From: Rebecca billardiae RCC1528
Taxonomy: Eukaryota; Protista; Haptophyta
Length of the DNA: 64,000 nucleotides
Assembly: GCA_965240325.2 (NCBI GenBank)
Contig: OZ251223.1
Location: 4,030,001 to 4,094,000, forward strand
Direction of reading: 5' to 3'
Shown: positions 23,458 through 34,273 of the stretch, in pieces
Layout of the letters: every line of letters starts with the position of its first letter
Position numbering within the stretch: position 1 is the stretch's first letter
Made by a program: the position numbers and the translations under genes
Notes under the pieces: generated by a model
Seen by the model: the letters and a program-made list of their open reading frames with translations, nothing else
What the model was told of the DNA's origin: nothing
Database searches by the model: none

Positions 23458-25161
23458 TCACAGCTGCTGTGAGGACACTCCTGTGACACCAATGATGTTT
23501 GCGCGGGCCCCGCCGTGGTCATGGAGACGAGTGCAGCCTGTGGAGACCCCCCGCGGCCGCTCGTTGGCAGCGTGCGCGTACGCCATGCATGCCTGCAGGC
23601 TGGTGAGTGGCGCCGCGGCAGCGGCCTGCGCGCCATCGCCGCGCTCGGCGGTACCCGTGATGCACGCGCCGCGAAGTGTGTGCCCCGTCGCCTCGGCGAT
23701 GTGCACGACGGCGTACTCGCCAACGGCCGGCGTGCGCTCGCCCGGCGGCACTGTGAACACCACGCGCTTGTTGCCGTCCGTCCGTCCGGTAAGCGCGCCC
23801 GGAGCGCGCCTCGCGCCGCCCTCGACGAGGACGACGCGATGGGCGCCGACCTCGTCCTTGCGATTCTTCTCGTGCACGCCCGCGTGGAATGCGTCGATGA
23901 TCTCCTGCAGTCGCCGCCGCTTCGTCTCCGCCGGCACGTCGTCCGCCATCCTCCGCGCCGCGTGCGTCTTGGAGCGCCACGAGTAGGCGTACATGAAGGC
24001 CTGGTCGAACGCCACCTCGCGCATCAGCGCCACCGTCTGCGCGTGCTCCGCCTCGGTCTCGCCGCAGAAGCCGGCGATCACGTCGGTGGAGATCGTGACG
24101 CCGGGGATCGTCCCGCGCGCCGAGCGCACCAGCTCGAGGTACGCCTCGCGCGTGTACTCGCGCCGCATGCGGTCGAGCACCGAGCTCGAGCCCGACTGCG
24201 CGGGCAGGTGCAGCTGGCTGCAGATGTTGGGCGTGCTGCCGATCAGCTCGAGCACGCGCGGCGGGAAGTCCTTGGGGTGCGGCGAGGTGAAGCGCACGCG
24301 CAGCTCGGGCGAGACGGCGGCGACCGCCTCGAGCAGCTCGGCGAAGCGCGCGCCCGCGCCGTGCCGCGCCTTGAACACGTTGCCAAAACCCGCCGCCGTC
24401 TCGTAGCCGCCGCCTCCGCCGCCTCCGCCGCCTGCCTCGGTGCCCCTGTCGTGGTAGCTGTTCACGTTCTGCCCGAGCAGCGTGACCTCGCGCACGCCCT
24501 GCGCGACGAGCTCGCGCACCTCGTCGACGATCGTGCCCAGCTCGCGCGAGCGCTCGCGCCCGCGCGTGAAGGGCACCACGCAGTAGGAGCACATGTTGTT
24601 GCAGCCGCGCATGATGGTGACGAGCGCGCTCGGCGAGCGAACGGGCGTGGCGGCGGAGGGGTCGGCGAGCGCGCGGACGGGCGCGATGTCGGCGTAGGTC
24701 TCGTCCAGCGAGAGCTGCGTGTGGATCGCGTGCGGCGCGCCGCCGTCCAGCGCGTCGAGCAGCGCGGGCAGGTGGCGGTACGAATCGGGGCCGGCGACGA
24801 GGTCAGCCGCGCGCGACTCAGTCAGCTCCTCGCGGAGGCGCGTAGCCATGCAGCCGAGCACGCCGAGCCGACGATCTCCGCCGCGCGCCCGCCACTGTGA
24901 GAGCCGCGTGCGCACCTTGTTCTCCGCCTTCTCGCGCACGCTGCACGTGTTTGTCAGCAGCACACGCGCGTCGTCGACAGCACTCGTCTCAGCCCAGCCA
25001 GCGCGAGTTAGGATGGCGCGCACAATCTCCGAGTCAGAAGCGTTCATCTGGCAGCCGTGCGTTTCGAGGAAGAACGTCTTCTCACGGCTCGGAGCGGCCG
25101 AGGACAGCATTCGACTTCGCGCGCCCGGCCGCAACGCGCCGAGCCAGCGCGCGCCCATCAT
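23458..25161 (-). CDS. CDK5RAP1: MiaB/CDK5RAP1-like tRNA methylthiotransferase (radical SAM), probably mitochondrial
   Basis: ETHGCQMNASDSE, NTCSVREKAE, LGCMA, RGCNNMCSYC (CxxxCxxC), LLGQNVNSY, RFTSPHPKDF, HLPAQSGS, C-terminal TRAM (GRTDGNKRV). Arg/Ser-rich presequence. Confidence 0.95.
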   Translation of the reverse strand: MMGARWLGALRPGARSRMLSSAAPSREKTFFLETHGCQMNASDSEIVRAILTRAGWAETSAVDDARVLLTNTCSVREKAENKVRTRLSQWRARGGDRRLGVLGCMATRLREELTESRAADLVAGPDSYRHLPALLDALDGGAPHAIHTQLSLDETYADIAPVRALADPSAATPVRSPSALVTIMRGCNNMCSYCVVPFTRGRERSRELGTIVDEVRELVAQGVREVTLLGQNVNSYHDRGTEAGGGGGGGGGYETAAGFGNVFKARHGAGARFAELLEAVAAVSPELRVRFTSPHPKDFPPRVLELIGSTPNICSQLHLPAQSGSSSVLDRMRREYTREAYLELVRSARGTIPGVTISTDVIAGFCGETEAEHAQTVALMREVAFDQAFMYAYSWRSKTHAARRMADDVPAETKRRRLQEIIDAFHAGVHEKNRKDEVGAHRVVLVEGGARRAPGALTGRTDGNKRVVFTVPPGERTPAVGEYAVVHIAEATGHTLRGACITGTAERGDGAQAAAAAPLTSLQACMAYAHAANERPRGVSTGCTRLHDHGGARANIIGVTGVSSQQL

Positions 25162-25288
25162 GACTAGACGATGCGCTCGTTACTGATACAACCGAGTCCG
25201 GACTCGGGTGCCGCGCCTCGCTGTCGAGTCCTCGACAGCTGCGTCAACGCCCTGCCGACCGGGTTGCCGTTGAGCGAGCTGAGACTCT

Positions 25289-26344
25289 GAGAGGCCACTC
25301 GAGCGACTTCGTGTCAGGCGAGGCAGATCGCGCCAGTGGGAGGCGAGGCAGACGCTCGCCTGCCTCGCCTCGAGGCGAGGCAGCTAAGCTAGTAAAGCCG
25401 CGGCCGAACTTTACGAAAGCCAAATGTCTGCCGGGGCGCCGCCGGTCTTCGCGCACGGTGACAAGGGCGCGCGAGGGCGCTTCCTCACGATCCCGAAGAG
25501 CGCTGCGCGCGGCGTCGCGTTGGCGGCGGCAGCGGCGCTTGGGTGTATCTTGCCCATTCTGCGTGGCGGCGCGCGCTCATGACGCCTCGGCCGCCGCCAC
25601 GCCATGAGCGACCAGGCGTGTCGCCTTCTTGACGGGCAGTGCACACGCCCTTGCAACCGCACAGCCGTGAAGAGCCGAGAGCGTCCGTCGCGAGCACGCC
25701 GCCCACGCGGGATGCGTTGTCAGGACTATTCGTATGACACTGGGTGTTCACGCTCTGGCATGTGCAAGCCACGATGACCATGGGTAGCAGCTACGATGAG
25801 CAATGCTCACCTGCATTTCAGCCGATCACAACCTCTCGTTCAGCGATCGTGACTGCACTGAACGCATGGCGAACTCGGCGGAGCGCATGCGCAAGGTAGC
25901 TTCGTTGATATCACAACGCATCCCGCCTGGGCGGCGTGCTCGCGACGGACGCTCTCGGCTCTTCACGGCTGTGCGGTTGCAAGGGCGTGTGCACTGCCCG
26001 TCAAGAAGGCGACACGCCTGGTCGCGCATGGCGTGGCGGCGGCCGAGGCGTCATGAGCGCGCGCCGCCACGCAGAATGGGCAAGATACACCCAAGCGCCG
26101 CTGCCGCCGCCAACGCGACGCCGCGCGCAGCGCTCTTCGGGATCGTGAGGAAGCGCCCTCGCGCGCCCTTGTCACCGTGCGCGAAGACCGGCGGCGCCCC
26201 GGCAGACATTTGGCTTTCGTAAAGTTCGGCCGCGGCTTTACTAGCTTAGCTGCCTCGCCTCGAGGCGAGGCAGGCGAGCGTCTGCCTCGCCTCCCACTGG
26301 CGCGATCTGCCTCGCCTGACACGAAGTCGCTCGAGCGGCCTCTC
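25289..26344. repeat. Foldback element 1: ~432-bp inverted arms (25289-25720 / 25913-26344) with 192-bp spacer
   Basis: The arms are near-perfect reverse complements with only a few substitutions, and mirror-image ORFs appear in the track. Termini GAG...CTC. Confidence 0.92.
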
Positions 26345-26347
26345 GAT

Positions 26348-27460
26348 GAGCAAGGGTAGTAAGGGTGAGCAACTCCGCTGGCGACAGCCGCGAAGGTCGG
26401 GAGCCCTCTGTTTGCCGCGAGCGGAGCGGAGCGAGCACTACCAGCGGCGGAGGGCGCTGAGGCCGCGCACGGCGTGAGGCGCGGCGTCGGCCGAGTCGGT
26501 CCGCGGAGGATGCGCGGCGCTCGGCCCGCTGCGCAGCGGCAGTGCGCCTCACTTTGCCCCGAGCGCCGTCCTCCGCGTCGCCTCCTTCCCGCCTTGGAGC
26601 AGCACGCATGTGCGCGCCACCACCTTGAAGGCGGGGCACGGGCTTGCTCAGACGACCGCGCGCGCGTGGCGCGCGACTTGGTCGGCTGCGCGCGCGCGCT
26701 GCCGCGGTGCAAGGTAGCGCCGCCGCATGCGCGCGCCGTGCCAGCGCGAGCCTTTGCTCACGGCCATCTCATGAGCGTAGTGCTCGCTTGTCTGCTTGCT
26801 CTCACGAATGATTCGCTGTGCCTCACGCTGGCACTCGTCGGGTCGATCAGCGAGGTGTTGAGTGACATTGGATACCCAGGACGAAGGCCTAGTCTTGTTT
26901 ATTCCTTCTCAGCACGAATGCAAGTGGACGCTAAGGCTCCGCATCGATGGTACCAACACTCACGCCGCTGTCTTTTCCAGCTTCCCGTCAGTCCGCAAGT
27001 CGGATGCCAAGCAGCATTCGACATGTGTGTGAGGTCGCACTCAGGTCCGCGCACACGCTCTCGCGCTGGCACGGCGCGCGCATGCGGCGGCGCTACCTTG
27101 CACCGCGGCGGCGCGCGCGCGCAGCCGACCAAGTCGCGCGCCACGCGCGCGCGGTCGTCTGAGCAAGCCCGTGCCGCCTTCAAGGTGGCGGCGCGCACAT
27201 GCGTGCTGCTCCAAGGCGGAAAGGAGGCGACGCGGAGGACGGCGCTCGGGGCAAAGTGAGGCGCACTGCCGCTGCGCAGCGGGCCGAGCGCCGCGCATCC
27301 TCCGCGGACCGACTCGGCCGACGCCGCGCCTCACGCCGTGCGCGGCCTCAGCGCCCTCCGCCGCTGGTAGTGCTCGCTCCGCTCCGCTCGCGGCAAACAG
27401 AGGGCTCCCGACCTTCGCGGCTGTCGCCAGCGGAGTTGCTCACCCTTACTACCCTTGCTC
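26348..27460. repeat. Foldback element 2: ~402-bp inverted arms (26348-26750 / 27060-27460) with ~309-bp spacer
   Basis: GAGCAAGGGTAGTAAGGGTGAGCAAC... mirrors ...GTTGCTCACCCTTACTACCCTTGCTC. Mirror ORFs at 26474(+) and 27334(-). Confidence 0.92.
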
Positions 27461-27491
27461 TGAGAGCGGCCGAGCGCAGCTCTCAGGCAGC

Positions 27492-28676
27492 ATGCCGGTG
27501 GCCGCACCAACGGCGCGCCAGTGGCGGCTTGGCCTCGCGCTGTGCGCAGCGATGGCGCCCCTGACGGCGGTGGCCCCGCCGGCAGTGGCAGCGGAGGCCC
27601 GCAGCCGACGCAGACGCCTCAAGATGGCGCCGGCCAACCTGTGCCTCCACGGCCACGTGGCGCCCACGCTGCTGCTGATCGGGTGTCAGAAGTGTGGCAC
27701 CACGAGCCTCTGGAACGACATGCACGACCACATCGAGGGCACCGTCCCGGCGCAGCCCTGGAGTGACGAGCAGCACTACTTCAACAAGGAGCAGCACTTC
27801 TTCGACAAGGAGACGCGCTTCAGCCGCGGCTTGCAGTTCTACGTCCGGCATTACCCAACCTGCCCGCCCCGAGGCCAGGCCATGTACGCCATGGACGCCA
27901 CGCCTGAGTACATGCGCTACCCGGGCACGGCGAAGCGCGTGCACCTCGCGTACGCGGGTCACACGCGTGCGCTGCGCATCATCACCATCGTGCGCTCGCC
28001 GACCGAGCGCGTGCGCTCGTGGTACGACCACCTCGGCACGCTGGGCGGACGCGCGCGTGCCACGCTCGACCACTGGGTGGAGGCGATGGTGCGGCGCATG
28101 CGCGAGTGCGCCGCAAAGCACGGTGTCGACGCGAAGGGCAGTGAGCTGTGGGCATCGCCGTGCCGCGAGCTCGGCCCGGGCTACGGCGACGCGCTCTCGG
28201 GCGGTCTGTACGCGCCGCAGCTCGCAGAGTGGCTGCGCTGGTTCCCGGCCAATCAGATCGCGCTCGTTACATTTGGCGGGTACGTGCAGCAGACGGATAA
28301 GGTGATCGCGGACATTGCGCAGTTCGTGCGCGGTGGGCACGTCGGTGGCGAGTACGGCCCGGCGCCGCGCATCGTCAACCGCCGCCTGCAGCAGCGCCTC
28401 GGCGCGCACGTGCCGCGCGAGAGCGACATTCGCTCTGGTCGGGCCAATGCCACGGCCGCAGCACCAGCGCGGCGGCGAGCCATCGAGGCCGCCCACGCCA
28501 ACAAGAAGCGGCACCACACGCTGGGCGCGCATGCGCGCGCCACGCTCGAGGACTTCTACCGGCCGCACAACGCGGCATTCGTTGCCCTGCTGCACAGACC
28601 TGCGAGCCGGGCGGTCCGGACAACACCGGTCTCGCCGGCATCCGCCCTCACCTTGAAGTCTCTGTTCTCCCACTGA
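27492..28676 (+). CDS. Sulfotransferase (heparan-sulfate 3-O-sulfotransferase-like fold) with signal peptide/anchor
   Basis: 5'-PSB loop [24 protein letters not shown], 3'-[23 protein letters not shown]...F, FYRPHN. Confidence 0.88.
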   Translation: MPVAAPTARQWRLGLALCAAMAPLTAVAPPAVAAEARSRRRRLKMAPANLCLHGHVAPTLLLIGCQKCGTTSLWNDMHDHIEGTVPAQPWSDEQHYFNKEQHFFDKETRFSRGLQFYVRHYPTCPPRGQAMYAMDATPEYMRYPGTAKRVHLAYAGHTRALRIITIVRSPTERVRSWYDHLGTLGGRARATLDHWVEAMVRRMRECAAKHGVDAKGSELWASPCRELGPGYGDALSGGLYAPQLAEWLRWFPANQIALVTFGGYVQQTDKVIADIAQFVRGGHVGGEYGPAPRIVNRRLQQRLGAHVPRESDIRSGRANATAAAPARRRAIEAAHANKKRHHTLGAHARATLEDFYRPHNAAFVALLHRPASRAVRTTPVSPASALTLKSLFSH

Positions 28677-28765
28677 TTCTGCTGATATTCTGATGGACCA
28701 TAAGCTGATGATGCTGCTATAGTTAGTCGTACAGTAGTTACATCAACAGTATAGTCATGCAGTGC

Positions 28766-28936
<171 letters not shown>

Positions 28937-29519
28937 TAGCCGTCCTCGTGAACGCCGACGCCAACTGCTGGCCGAAGGTGGGCACGCCGCCTTGCCGAAA
29001 GATGTTGGTCGGTGCACGCGACGCGCCACCCGCGTGCGAGCCGCCTCCGCCGGCGACGCAGGACGAGCTTGGCTGGAGCCATCTCGCACGCCGCGCCTGG
29101 CGAAGCAGGCGGCAGAGGCCGGCGCCGGAAACCGATCTCCTCGGCAGAAAGAACAACCCGGACAGACTGTTTGTCCGGGAGCAGCGCCCTTTGAGGCGAT
29201 GGTCTGGTAGAGGGCGATGTGGCTGATGAGCGGCGCTGGCGCCCGGCGTTCTTGTCGTCCTCTTAGACAATCAGTTATTGTACCAATAACCCCACATATA
29301 TATAGCTATATTTCGTAGTACGTGGCGGCTCAAATAAATAATCGGCTCCGGCTGTCCGACGGTCCCGACCCGCCCCCCAGCCGTGTCCGGTTACCGAAGT
29401 TACGTCGATCTCGTGGCCCCGAGCCGAAGTCAACCAAGCGGACCATGCAGCAGAGTCCCTTATTCCGACCCCCGATTGATGACAATTTTCAACGAGAAAT
29501 GTCGCATCTGAATTCTGAC

Positions 29520-29697
29520 CACCTCCCAATAGGTTCAGACTCTATTTTATTTACTATGTATTTACCGCCCGCCCCTTACTCAGTTTTCAGCACAGTCCGG
29601 GAGCGTTCCGGATCGGGATACTTGTGTACATATGCAAAAAGGGTACCCGGGCTGGGTATTTAGTTATATAAAATAGAGTCTGAACCTATTGGAGGTG
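29520..29697. mobile_element. Small inverted-repeat element (MITE-like, ~180 bp)
   Basis: Perfect 25-bp inverted repeat CCAATAGGTTCAGACTCTATTTTAT (29526-29550) / 29668-29692, extendable with mismatches. No clear TSD. Confidence 0.55.
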
Positions 29698-29878
29698 TGG
29701 CTGATGATCCATCGGGCCGTAATGTCGTCCAAGCCTCCAAGGGACCGCCTGGGGTGGTCTAGGAGCTATCGTAGATCGATCATCAGAGGCGGCGATCCCG
29801 CCGATTGTAGTGTCAAGATGTAACGCTCCAGCAGTGACCGGACTGGGGGGGGGGGGGGGGGGCGAAGCCGGAGCCGCT

Positions 29879-30514
29879 CCGCAAAATCAAAAAAGAGGAT
29901 GCGCGCAGGATTTTGGTAATCACTAAAACCATCAGGCCTTTACATTTTTAACGTCGCTCAGGCGGGCAGTGATCATTGGTGATAATATACAGGTGATTTA
30001 GAAGAGTTGGAGACCACGCTGATTGGCTTTGAGTCGGACCTCGATATCAAGAAGCCAGGCTTCTTGTAACTTAGACTGTTCACCGATGAATTATCCTATG
30101 ACTACGTACTCATGCTTAATATGGGCATGGGAATCTTGGGTCACAACCGCAATCAATAATCATGATGACTGTTCCTTTCAAATTGCCCAGGGCCAGGACA
30201 CTCACTCGTCGTTTTTAACAGAGAGCTGTTAATCCTCGCAGATAGAGGTGTCGAATGCCACGGCATAATGCCACCCGCATTGAATCGGCATTGGGCCAAG
30301 AAGGCCAAGGCTATTTGTTGCTATTCAGCGAGGGAATTCTCCCATTAGTGGTACAAAACAATTAATGCGAGCAGGGGAATCGGGTAGTACGAACGCAATC
30401 AAATAACCGTAATCAAGGGCAGTGCAATGCAATCAAATGCGTTTTTCACACCTAAAAGTCCACCTACAAAATCCCCAAAATCCTGCGCGCGCATCCTCTT
30501 TTTTTATTTTGCGG
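29879..30514. mobile_element. Degenerate TIR-bounded element with low-GC interior
   Basis: CCGCAAAATCAAAAAAGAGGATGCGCGCAGGATTTTGG (29879-29916) is inversely repeated at 30475-30514 with one substitution and a 2-bp indel. Confidence 0.6.
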
Positions 30515-30962
30515 TGAGCACGTGCGCCGCTCCCCCCGGCTTTCGCTCACGCTCAGAATGGCATCATATATCGTAGTCGATCATCATCTGCTGATGACGG
30601 CGGCAGTCGTACTTGATGCTGAGTGACAGAAGCGATGACTGATGAGTGATGACATGCGCTACGTCAACGTGCCCTAGTGACGCACTCCTAAGTGACTATA
30701 CTCAGTGACTCACTGACAGGCTCAGCGCGGTCGACTAACATATATAGTCGTCTACTATTACTGCGGCACGACTACTGATATATGCAGATACCACGTGCAC
30801 AACGGGGGCATGCAATTCGATCGATGTCCGGATGAACGGACGATGATCGCGATGATGCTGCTGAATATTCCGATGATGACCAAGCCGACGCCGTGCATGT
30901 GAATCGGACGTCGCCAGGCTGTGCGGGCTACGGCAGCACGGGCGCGGATAAATAGTCGTGAG

Positions 30963-31655
30963 TGTTGAGCTGACGCAGCCTGGGGCGCGCATCTCAGCAG
31001 ATGGCGTCGCCGCTGGGACGTCAGGGCCGGCGCCGCACCAGGCGGGCCGGCGGCATCAGCTACGGAGCAGTGGCTGGCTCTGGCGGCGCGCGCGCGCGGC
31101 GCGCGCGGCGGCAGGAGCGCGAGCGCAGCAGCGCTGGCGCGGATCGACGTGGACGCGGAGCGCGGACGCGGCAGCGCGGACGCGGAGCGACACGGACGCG
31201 GCGCGTGCGCGGGCGGTACGGCCCGGCGCAGCGCGGCACGGTGACGTCGCACGGGCATGGCCCGGCCGCCATCGTGGAAGCGTGTTGGAGTTCTCGAGAA
31301 CGCAAACACGACCGTTTCATCCAGAAATTCATCACGGACGAGGACGTCCGGATTCAACGGGTACACGGATCCAGAAACCGTGTGCGACCAGCAGTTACGG
31401 CGGTGCGTCGGGAACACCTGTGATTGGTTGACGCACGGGGCGTGCGGCTCGGAATCATTGAGATTCCCCGAGCCGGGCCAGCAAACGCCGGGTCACCCCG
31501 CCGGAGCCGAAAAGAGCTCGGCGGGAGGTTAGCTTCGTTCGTCAGAGGAGCGAGGGTCGAGATTGCCTCGTGGGCGTCATCGTCGACGCGCCCGAGGACG
31601 TGCCGGTGAGCTTTTAGCAGGGCTCGAGACGCTCGGAGCTCGCGTTTACCCAATA
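30963..31655 (+). repeat. 5' LTR (693 bp, TGTTG...CAATA)
   Basis: Direct repeat of 37612-38200 plus 39113-39222. Confidence 0.95.
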
Positions 31656-34273
31656 TGCATGCAGCGATCGGGAGGGATCGTACGCGCGGCGCTTTCTCAT
31701 CGATCGCGCCGATGGGCACGAGCGGCCGGATGCACGGCTCGGTCGACGTGGGGATGCTCAACGACAAGGGCAATCAGCAGCGCTGGCTCGCGCAATCGGC
31801 GAGCAGGCTGGCGGCGCTTCCGGCGGGGCAAGGTGCTACGATGTCCGCACTGAACGGCATCATCGTGACGCACGGCCCGAACGCGGAGCACCGCATCAAC
31901 ACGCTCGAGGAGTACAACTCGACGTGGGAGACCTTTAACCCATCCGCGGCGAAGATGATCAAGGTCAGTGCCGAGCGGATGGACCTGGCGCGTGAGAACT
32001 ACGCGCTGCAGCAGCGGCTGCTTGACCATCGCCACGAGCACGAGCGCCGCGAGCACGCCGAGCGCCGCGCCGCGGCGGAACGCGCGGCGGCGGCGGCGGG
32101 GGCGAGGCAGGCGCCCAGTTACGCGCAGGCTGCCTCGGAGGGCGCAGGGAGTGGTTTAGCCACTCCGGGCGGCCCGACGGCGACCGGACCGGGGTCAGGT
32201 CCGGCGGCGGGCGGCGGATCCGGAATTTCCCCGGGTCCGGCGACCGGCACACCCGGTCCGGGTGTGGGCACAGGCGGCGCGGCAGGTGCGCCGGCTGGGA
32301 CTGACGGCGCGACGCCTGCGGGCGGCGCCGGCGTCGGCGCGGCGCCTACGGGCGGCGCCGGCGGGATCGGTGGCGCGGCGCCCGCGGGCGGCGCTGCCGT
32401 GACGCTCGATCCGCGCGCGCGCGAGCTCTACCGCCGCGAGCGCGAGACCGAGGATCAGATGCATGAGCGGCAGGCGAGCGAGCACGCCATGCTGGACATC
32501 AAGCTCCGACAGAGCGTGTTGGAGGCAGCGCCGGACGGCGACGAGGCGGACCCAGCCAAGTACGCCGGGGCGCAGTACGAGAAAGGGACGGCTTTCTTAC
32601 GCACCGAGCTGCGGTCGTGGGTGACGGAGGCTGCGTGGCAGCACATCAACCGCCTCATGGAGACGCAGCCGGAGGTGCAGGAGGAGCGCGCGCGCCTGGG
32701 CGCACTTACGCCGGGGCGCGAGTTCCTGTACCTGTGGAAGGCGATCCTGCGCATGCGCAAGCCCGACGACATGCGGAAGTACATGTCGGTGCGGGCACGC
32801 TGGCATCGGACGGTCCTGCCGGACTGCGGCAAGGACGGCGTCGGCGCACTCGAGCTCTTCCAGGTGCTACAGCACAACCACGTGCTGCTGCAGGAGCTGA
32901 GTGACGCAGCGCCAGCGGCGGAGATGCTTGCGCGGCTCATCGAGTTCATTCCGCCGGTGGGCGCGGGCATCGAGATGCGGACGCGGTACGAGTCGAAGGA
33001 CTACAGGACCGTGACGAACTTCGACGTGCAGGAGCTCGTGCACGAGCTCAACGGCAAGTTCGAGGACTGGGACTTCTCCAAGGGCAAGCGGGTTGACCGC
33101 GGCGGCCCTGGGCGCCCAGGGGCGGGTGGCCGCACGCCAGGAGGCGGCGGCGCTACCCGCGCGCACCCAATCGACGGGCTCCGCCTGGCGCAGGCGGCGG
33201 CGGCGTCGGCGGGTGGCGGCGGCGGCGACACGACGTCGCCGGCTGGCCGTGGTGGCGGCGGCGGAGGTCGTGGCGGTGGCGGCGGCGGCACTGGCCGCGG
33301 CGCCGGCCGCGGAGGCCAGGACGACTCCGACGACGCGCACGGGCCGCGCTGCTACAAGTGCGGCGCCGTGGGGCATATCAAGCGTTACTGCCCGCAGGTG
33401 ACGCAGGCTGATCGCGACTCGAACGCTGGCGATGACGCGGCGTCGACGCGGTCGGATCGCAGCCGTGGCTCACATCGGAGCGGCGGCGGCGGTGGCGGCG
33501 GCGGCGGCGGGGGCAGCACCCGCGCCGTGGTCGGTAATGGCAACGGCGGCGGCACGGTCCGCACGCAGGTCGCGTTCGCTCCCGAGCAGGGTGACGAGCC
33601 CGACGGCGCCGTTGGTGGCGACGGTGACGCTGACGCCGGAGACGGCGGCGGCGCCGGCGCCGGACTCGGCTTGGCGCCTATTGGCGCGGCTATCGGCGGC
33701 AGGGCGCAGCGCGACGAGGACATTGAGATCGTCGCGGCGCGGGCGGCCGAGGCACGCGTGGCGCCGCCGGAGGACAACACGCGGGCGTTGGTGTTTGACA
33801 CTGGCGCACGGAAGAACATCGCCATGGCCGAGGATTTGACGAATCTCACCCCGGTGGACGGCGCATGTCAGATCGAGTGGGGGAACGGTGCGCGGGAGCG
33901 GGTCACTCACCGCGGGACCCTGGTGGTCAAGCTTGCGGCGGACGACGACAGCGACAAGGTCCTCACGCTCGAGATCGAGGCGTGGGCGTCGCGGCGCGTC
34001 ACGGCGCCGCTGCTGTCGGTCGAGCACTGCGCGGACGCAGGCATCGAGTTCCACTACTCGCAGCGCGGCAACACTGCGGACTTTACGGCGCTGGGAGGCG
34101 GCGTCGTGCAGCTGCCGCGCGATTCCACGCTGCGCGCCGAGATCGTACGGCGCCAGGTGGGGCCGGACGTCGGCGATGCGCCGGCGGAGGCGCGCGCACG
34201 GCGCAGGGCGCCAGTGCGGCGCGTGGGCGCGGGGCGGGGGCGCGTTGGCGCTGCGCCGCCCCCAAACGCCTAA
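31655..34273 (+). CDS. gag: Copia ORF1: Gag plus aspartic protease
   Basis: Zinc knuckle CYKCGAVGHIKRYC; protease LVFDTGARKNI...IEWGNG...PLLSV. The start could be a later ATG. Confidence 0.88.
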   Translation: MHAAIGRDRTRGAFSSIAPMGTSGRMHGSVDVGMLNDKGNQQRWLAQSASRLAALPAGQGATMSALNGIIVTHGPNAEHRINTLEEYNSTWETFNPSAAKMIKVSAERMDLARENYALQQRLLDHRHEHERREHAERRAAAERAAAAAGARQAPSYAQAASEGAGSGLATPGGPTATGPGSGPAAGGGSGISPGPATGTPGPGVGTGGAAGAPAGTDGATPAGGAGVGAAPTGGAGGIGGAAPAGGAAVTLDPRARELYRRERETEDQMHERQASEHAMLDIKLRQSVLEAAPDGDEADPAKYAGAQYEKGTAFLRTELRSWVTEAAWQHINRLMETQPEVQEERARLGALTPGREFLYLWKAILRMRKPDDMRKYMSVRARWHRTVLPDCGKDGVGALELFQVLQHNHVLLQELSDAAPAAEMLARLIEFIPPVGAGIEMRTRYESKDYRTVTNFDVQELVHELNGKFEDWDFSKGKRVDRGGPGRPGAGGRTPGGGGATRAHPIDGLRLAQAAAASAGGGGGDTTSPAGRGGGGGGRGGGGGGTGRGAGRGGQDDSDDAHGPRCYKCGAVGHIKRYCPQVTQADRDSNAGDDAASTRSDRSRGSHRSGGGGGGGGGGGSTRAVVGNGNGGGTVRTQVAFAPEQGDEPDGAVGGDGDADAGDGGGAGAGLGLAPIGAAIGGRAQRDEDIEIVAARAAEARVAPPEDNTRALVFDTGARKNIAMAEDLTNLTPVDGACQIEWGNGARERVTHRGTLVVKLAADDDSDKVLTLEIEAWASRRVTAPLLSVEHCADAGIEFHYSQRGNTADFTALGGGVVQLPRDSTLRAEIVRRQVGPDVGDAPAEARARRRAPVRRVGAGRGRVGAAPPPNA

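Noticed and set aside
27171-27491. N-terminal extension of the sulfotransferase ORF
   Set aside because: It lies almost entirely within foldback 2 and starts at GTG. The ATG at 27492 precedes a signal-like segment.
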